Shown in pieces: positions 52,142 to 57,490 of a stretch of DNA of 57,490 nucleotides (positions are counted from its first letter, which is position 1; each line of letters opens with the position of its first letter). Both the position numbers and the translations under genes were made by a program. This DNA is from a virus. Its lineage: Duplodnaviria > Caudoviricetes. Where the stretch lies: positions 1 to 57,490 of IMG/VR virus record IMGVR_UViG_3300042988_000148, one strand, 5' to 3'. The notes under the pieces were generated by a model, which searched no databases, had not been told where the DNA came from, and saw only the letters and a list, made by a program, of their open reading frames with translations.

Positions 52142-53791
52142 ATGTCTACAACAGTTCGTTCTGGCGCTATATATGGCATCGGCACCTATGGTGCTGTGCG
52201 CTATGGTGTCAGTAGCGTTGCATATACACTAGATGGTGTACAGGCTACTGTTACATCCGATAGTGGTGTGATCATTACTGGTGATGCCAATCATGTCGTT
52301 GTCAGTCTTGTCAGTCCCGCTGTTGTAGGCTCAGTTGGTGTTGTCGGTGTTGCTGTCACTAGCGTTGTTGGTGTTCAAGCCACCGCCTATGTTGGTGACA
52401 ATGTAACATTTAGCTTAGGTTGCACAACCAATATAACTGGTCTGTCTACTACATCCTCGATTGGTTCTGTTGTTGTAACAGCCGGTGCTGATGTAGCAAT
52501 GAGGCTTGCTGGTTGGCCCGATGAGTCATGGACTTCGATTTCGTTTGAGCCGGTAACACGAGAAGCGCCATTTACTTATTGGTATAATGCTTATGTTGGT
52601 CCTTCAAGCATGCCAAACGGCGGCCTTGGATATTTACCAACGAATCAAAGCAGCTCTGTTACAACCGGCGCTGATTATATCGGCTCTATTCCACCTTCTC
52701 CTGATATCGGAGAACACATCTACTTCCACAAACGAAGTAGTGTTGGTGGTCCTGTCATTGCTACATATGACTTGGGTGTAGTTGTTGGGTTCCCTTATGA
52801 CTACAGTTACATGTCGAGGTATAGTAGTGTTACCACTACAACGCCTTCTGTATATTTGCCACCAAACTCTGGTGGTTCGTATCCTGTAGCTATCGGTACT
52901 GTCAATAACAAGAGTGTCGGTGTCGTTGTTGTTCCTGATAACACAATCTATCAGAATGCTGTTGATGCTTCTGCTTGGAGTGATTGGGTAAACACTACAA
53001 TTTCTATTGGTGATCCTCTATACCTGACAGCCGGTGGTGTTCGTAGATATTACGGTGTGGTGACGGCTAAGCCGCTAATCACTGGTATGTCTAGCTCTCC
53101 TCAGTATGGGATAACAGTATCCAACCCAGACGCTTATGTTTCAGTATTGGATACTGCAGCGTTGTTTGAAACAACCGACAGTGGTTATGCTCTTGGTGAA
53201 GTTGGTGAAATCTCTATTGTTGGTGATTCCAACACTGACACTATTGGTTCTGACGCAACGTTCAGTGTTGGACAAGTTGATGTTCGTTCTATCAACCGCA
53301 TACCTGTAGATGGTGTTGCTGTTACACTATCTATTGGTAATGTAACAACTATTGCAGCTGCTAACATTGCTCTTGTTACAAGTGCTATCAGTGTTACGTT
53401 AGGTGATGTTGTTGTAAAAGCCGGTGCTACTATAGAAATTGGTAGCGTATATACTTCTAGTTATATTGGTGACGTTGTTGTTGCCAATAACGCTCGACCA
53501 ACATTTGATGGTGTTACTGCCACTGCGTATGTCGGCAATGTTGCTATAACTACTGTAGTATTCAATTACAATGCAATTGCTCATCTGTATGACAGACGAA
53601 GAGTGGCGTATGTAGATAGACGAAGTAGCAGTAGTGATAGAACAATAGCTGTTGCTGCTCACAACCGTACGGTATATGTCGATAAAGTATCTGCTCCATC
53701 AACACGTTCTGTTTATGTGTCGATGGTTGACAGAAAAATGTACACGTATAGAAAGCCAAGCTCATCTGATCGATCAGTGATGGTTGCTTAA
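52142..53791 (+). CDS. Virion structural / fibre-like protein
   Basis: Val/Gly/Thr-rich repeats flanking an aromatic-rich central block. Confidence 0.65.
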   Translation: MSTTVRSGAIYGIGTYGAVRYGVSSVAYTLDGVQATVTSDSGVIITGDANHVVVSLVSPAVVGSVGVVGVAVTSVVGVQATAYVGDNVTFSLGCTTNITGLSTTSSIGSVVVTAGADVAMRLAGWPDESWTSISFEPVTREAPFTYWYNAYVGPSSMPNGGLGYLPTNQSSSVTTGADYIGSIPPSPDIGEHIYFHKRSSVGGPVIATYDLGVVVGFPYDYSYMSRYSSVTTTTPSVYLPPNSGGSYPVAIGTVNNKSVGVVVVPDNTIYQNAVDASAWSDWVNTTISIGDPLYLTAGGVRRYYGVVTAKPLITGMSSSPQYGITVSNPDAYVSVLDTAALFETTDSGYALGEVGEISIVGDSNTDTIGSDATFSVGQVDVRSINRIPVDGVAVTLSIGNVTTIAAANIALVTSAISVTLGDVVVKAGATIEIGSVYTSSYIGDVVVANNARPTFDGVTATAYVGNVAITTVVFNYNAIAHLYDRRRVAYVDRRSSSSDRTIAVAAHNRTVYVDKVSAPSTRSVYVSMVDRKMYTYRKPSSSDRSVMVA

Positions 53792-53810
53792 ATAGTATAA
53801 GAGGAAGTAT

Positions 53811-54128
53811 ATGTCATTTAAATGGCCTTCAAAAGATAAAGATGAAACGCTTGACTATAGTGTTGATTGGTCCAGATTCCTAGATGGTGCAACTATTAGT
53901 TCCGTCACATGGTATGTTGACGATGCTGATGGTATCGCCACTATTATTAGTGCAGGCTCTGTTGTCAACGGTATTCAGAATGTTGCACAGACTATTAGTG
54001 GTGGTGTAGCCACTATCAACCTTGGTCTTGGGACCAACAACTATGACTATAAGTTTACGTGCCGCATATCGGACAGCACAGGTAATGTTGCTGAGCGAGT
54101 TATTCGACTAAAGATTAAGGAACAATGA
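53811..54128 (+). CDS. Putative fibre-tail adaptor protein
   Basis: WP-x-KDKDETLDYSVDW motif and GAGG SD. Confidence 0.65.
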   Translation: MSFKWPSKDKDETLDYSVDWSRFLDGATISSVTWYVDDADGIATIISAGSVVNGIQNVAQTISGGVATINLGLGTNNYDYKFTCRISDSTGNVAERVIRLKIKEQ

Positions 54129-54129
54129 T

Positions 54130-54852
54130 ATGGCGTATGACTACATCGGCCTTGTTAATGAAGTGAATCGACGACTCAATGAAGTTGAACTTACGTCCGT
54201 GAACTTTGATAATGCCTCTGGTTTCTATTCACAGATCAAAGACTCTGTTAATTCCGCACTGCGTGATTTGTATGATGCTGGTCAAGACTGGCCTTTCAAT
54301 CATGTCATTGCTGAAGATACATTGTCTGTTGGTGAAACTCGTTATGCTTTTCCGTCTGATGCTTCTACTATTGACTTTGATACATTTCGTATTAAGGCTG
54401 ATGCGACATTGGGTAATGAAACAACGAAGCTTGCGATTATGCAATATGAAGATTATCTTCAGACTGCGGTAGATCAAGAATATTCGAACGACACTTCAAA
54501 GCTTTCTGTTCCAAACAGTGTAGTACATGCTCCTAGTCTGGAATGGCTTGTTGTTCCTCCGCCAGATCAAGAGTATGAAGTTGTATACGAATACTACCGA
54601 GCTCCTGTAGATCTTCTAAACTCTACAGATGTTCCTGCTGTACCAGAACGATTCAGGCATGTTGTCATTGATGGTGCTATGTATCACGCATATATGTTCC
54701 GCAGCAACGAACAGGCAGCTAATCTGGCGAAGAATAAGTTTGAAGAAGGTATCAAGCGTATGCGTACTATGCTTGTTAATCGCGTTAGTTACGTGCGCTC
54801 TACCGTCATTAATCGAGGCTCGTTCTCTGCGTTTGGTGAGAGGGTTAAGTAA
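54130..54852 (+). CDS. Head-tail adaptor (tail tubular A-like)
   Basis: LVNEV-x-RRLNE...WPF...P-x-PD...P-x-VPERF, upstream of the nozzle gene. Confidence 0.8.
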   Translation: MAYDYIGLVNEVNRRLNEVELTSVNFDNASGFYSQIKDSVNSALRDLYDAGQDWPFNHVIAEDTLSVGETRYAFPSDASTIDFDTFRIKADATLGNETTKLAIMQYEDYLQTAVDQEYSNDTSKLSVPNSVVHAPSLEWLVVPPPDQEYEVVYEYYRAPVDLLNSTDVPAVPERFRHVVIDGAMYHAYMFRSNEQAANLAKNKFEEGIKRMRTMLVNRVSYVRSTVINRGSFSAFGERVK

Positions 54853-56831
54853 TGGCTGATGGATGGCAAACATATCCCTTTGAGTTTCGAGGAGGTCTTG
54901 TTTCGAACCTGTCACCTCTACAGCATGGAACTCAATTGCCCGGAAGCGCTAGGCTTCTAAAGAACTTTGAACCGTCTGTTGATGGTGGATATCGTCGCAT
55001 TGAAGGTTTTGATAAATACTCAAGCTCTTTTGTTCCAGCTTATGGTGAGCCTGTTGTGCAGGGTAGTGGTCAGACAGGGACAACACTGGTTGTTTCAAAC
55101 TTGTTCACTGCTCCGGTAGACGGTGATACGTTCACTATTGCTGGTGTAACTGGTACATACACGGTTGCTTCTGCCGGTGTTAGCTATAACAGCACATATA
55201 AACAAGCAACATTAACCTTAACCTCGTCATTGGCTTCTAGCCCTGCCGATAAAGCAGTCATTACTTTTACCAGCCATCAAGGACTCATCAAGGGTGTTGT
55301 TGCTTGGAACGAAACGGTATTGGCTTACAGAAACGGCGATATCTATTTCACTACTGGCAACTCTTACACTAAGATAAGTAAGCCTACCTACGGAACCGTT
55401 TTGGTTAATGGTGGTTCTCAGACGGGTACAACACTGGCTATTGACGGCCTTACAAGTGTTCCGCAGATTGGTGATACCTTTGTGGTTGCCGGTATTGAGA
55501 AGGTTTATACGGTATTGGCTGTACCAACCGTTACGTCCACAGCAGCATCTATTTCAATCTATCCTGCTTTAGCGTCTAGCCCTGCTGATAACGCTGCTAT
55601 CACTTGGAAATCTGTTAGTCGTTCTAATGGTGGCGTGATGCGAACTACAAAATATCGCATTGCTGGTGTTGATAAAGTAATGGGTGTTGATGGATACAAC
55701 TTTCCGTTCACATGGGACGGTACAACATTCACTGTACTTTCTTCTGCTCCATCTGATGTGGTTGGTGCTGAGTTTGTTGTCCACCACAAAAATCAGGTGT
55801 TCTTTGCTAAAGGCGAAACCGTAGTGTTCACCTCACCATACACTGACTCAGACTTTTCAGCCGCCAATGGTTCTGGTGTTATTAATGTTGGTGGTGCCAT
55901 TACCGGAATGATCGTGTTTCGTGAGGCACTCATCATCTTCACTGAAAAAACAATCAGTCAGATAACAGGCAATACGTTGCAAGACTTTGTACTGCAGCCT
56001 ATTACACGCAATGTTGGTTGTGTTGCCCCCGATACCATTGAAGAAATTGGTGGTGATGTCATCTTCCTTGGTCCTGATGGTTTGCGTTTGCTAAGCGCTA
56101 CAGATCGAGTTGGTGACTTCAACTTGGGTGTGGTGTCAAAGACTATTCAAGATGAGATGACTTCTTTGATTGCATCCAGTTCGTCTTTCTCAAGCTGTGT
56201 CATTAAACAAAAGAGTCAGTACCGCATCTTTGGATATAACAGTAGCGTTACATCATCGAACGCAAAGGGTGTTATTGGTACACAAACTGTTGGTAATGAT
56301 ACTGGTACCATGTCTTGGGCGGAAACTGTTGGTATCAAAGCCTACGTGTGCGACAGCGACTACTCCAATCAGACAGAGACATTGGTGTTTGCTCACTCCG
56401 ATGGTTATGTTTATCAAATGGAGAGCGGTAATAGTTTTGATGGTAGTAACATCATTGCTTCATTTGCTACCCCTTTTGTTTACATTAATGATCCTCGTGT
56501 GCGTAAAACATTTTATAAGATGGTGCTCTATACCGATCCTCAGGGTGGTGTTACAACGTCTGTTAATTTGAAGCTTGACTTTGACAACACTGGCTCTATT
56601 CAGCCTGCCACCATCAACTTGTCCAATGAGACAGGCACTGTAGGTTTCTATGGTAACAGTGGTGCTAAGTATGGCACTACAGTTTATGGTAGCAAGTTGA
56701 TGAAACAGTTTGAGACACAACTGATTGGTTCAGGCTTTAGTGTTTCGATTCAGTTTGTCTCTGATAGTCAAAACCCACCGTTCTCTCTTGATGCTGCAAC
56801 GATTGAATATAGTACACACGATAGACGCTAA
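54852..56831 (+). CDS. Tail nozzle (tail tubular B-like)
   Basis: GGL...NFEP-x3-GGYRRI-x-G and GCVA-x-DTI-x-EIGGDVIFL-x-PDG, beta-propeller-like composition. Confidence 0.8.
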   Translation: MADGWQTYPFEFRGGLVSNLSPLQHGTQLPGSARLLKNFEPSVDGGYRRIEGFDKYSSSFVPAYGEPVVQGSGQTGTTLVVSNLFTAPVDGDTFTIAGVTGTYTVASAGVSYNSTYKQATLTLTSSLASSPADKAVITFTSHQGLIKGVVAWNETVLAYRNGDIYFTTGNSYTKISKPTYGTVLVNGGSQTGTTLAIDGLTSVPQIGDTFVVAGIEKVYTVLAVPTVTSTAASISIYPALASSPADNAAITWKSVSRSNGGVMRTTKYRIAGVDKVMGVDGYNFPFTWDGTTFTVLSSAPSDVVGAEFVVHHKNQVFFAKGETVVFTSPYTDSDFSAANGSGVINVGGAITGMIVFREALIIFTEKTISQITGNTLQDFVLQPITRNVGCVAPDTIEEIGGDVIFLGPDGLRLLSATDRVGDFNLGVVSKTIQDEMTSLIASSSSFSSCVIKQKSQYRIFGYNSSVTSSNAKGVIGTQTVGNDTGTMSWAETVGIKAYVCDSDYSNQTETLVFAHSDGYVYQMESGNSFDGSNIIASFATPFVYINDPRVRKTFYKMVLYTDPQGGVTTSVNLKLDFDNTGSIQPATINLSNETGTVGFYGNSGAKYGTTVYGSKLMKQFETQLIGSGFSVSIQFVSDSQNPPFSLDAATIEYSTHDRR

Positions 56832-56862
56832 TGCGTTATAACTAACTAGCTAAGGAAAACAT

Positions 56863-57490
56863 ATGACAGGCTACGTACGTACAGACACGACCAACAACAT
56901 CGCAGACGGGAATATTATTTCAGCCGCAGACCTCGACAACGAGTTCGATGGTATTCAATCGGCGTTCAATAGCTCCACTGGTCACAACCATGACGGTACC
57001 ACTGGTGAAGGCGCTCCTATTCTTGTGTTGGGTCCGACACAGGACGTAGTGGTTGGTGCCACCACTGTCACACCAAAGACAACTAACACTGTTGACATCG
57101 GCTCTAGCTCTCTGAAGTTTAAAGACTTGTTCTTGGCAGGCAATGCTAGCATTGGTGGTACATTGGCTGTTACAGGTGTAGCCACCCTGACCGCACAACC
57201 AATCTTGTCTTCGTTGACAGCCAGCCGCGCTGTGTTCACCGATAGTTCTAAAGGGCTTGTGAGCAACGCCATCACTGGTACCGGTAATGTTGTGATGTCG
57301 GCAAGCCCTACGTTGACAGGCACGATTAACGCTGAAGCGCTGACAACCTCGTCAACTGTGACACTGAACGCTGGTACTGCTAACGGAGTTGCTTACCTGA
57401 ACGGTTCTAAAGCACTTACCACTGGTACTGCGCTGACGTTTGATGGGACGAGGTTGACGGCTACCTACGCTGCAAATTATGTTGCGCGTT
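56863..57490 (+). CDS. Tail fibre protein, 3'-truncated
   Basis: AAGGA SD. MTGYVRTD...IADGNII-x-AADLDNEFD...GHNHDGT N-terminal anchor, open to the window edge. Confidence 0.8.
   Translation, partial: MTGYVRTDTTNNIADGNIISAADLDNEFDGIQSAFNSSTGHNHDGTTGEGAPILVLGPTQDVVVGATTVTPKTTNTVDIGSSSLKFKDLFLAGNASIGGTLAVTGVATLTAQPILSSLTASRAVFTDSSKGLVSNAITGTGNVVMSASPTLTGTINAEALTTSSTVTLNAGTANGVAYLNGSKALTTGTALTFDGTRLTATYAANYVAR

Overview
Most of a dsDNA tailed-phage (podovirus-type) genome, apparently circularly permuted because the window starts and ends inside the late arm. It has two divergent arms around a non-coding region (~39620-40570) that probably holds the genome ends or origin. The rightward arm (40570-57490, apparently continuing at 1-14489) encodes terminase, portal, scaffold, major capsid, tail adaptor, nozzle and tail fibre. 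It then carries a block of secreted proteins, holins, an M15 endolysin and internal (ejection) proteins. The leftward arm (39596-14545) starts with small early genes behind repeated sigma70 promoters. It continues with a tyrosine recombinase, ThyX, T7-like primase-helicase, a family B (not A) DNA polymerase, SSB, 5'-3' exonuclease, RNA ligase, MazG-like enzyme, class II RNR and four tRNAs. This layout resembles SIO1/cobavirus/HMO-2011-type podoviruses, and a proteobacterial host is inferred. The best candidate for an undescribed system is the six-gene, translationally coupled envelope module at 227-3297. It contains a pilin-like protein, a PapD-like chaperone and two Cys-clamped beta-hairpin proteins, with no usher. 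Other highlights are an ADP-ribosyltransferase-like domain in the large ejection protein together with an ADP-ribosylglycohydrolase, a PolA-to-PolB swap and a stand-alone ClpX zinc-finger mimic. There are also covarying GAA-loop hairpins over early ribosome-binding sites, a boxA plus structured leader, a Fur box, and peptide motifs shared between virion proteins. All family calls come from motif recognition by eye; no database searches were run.
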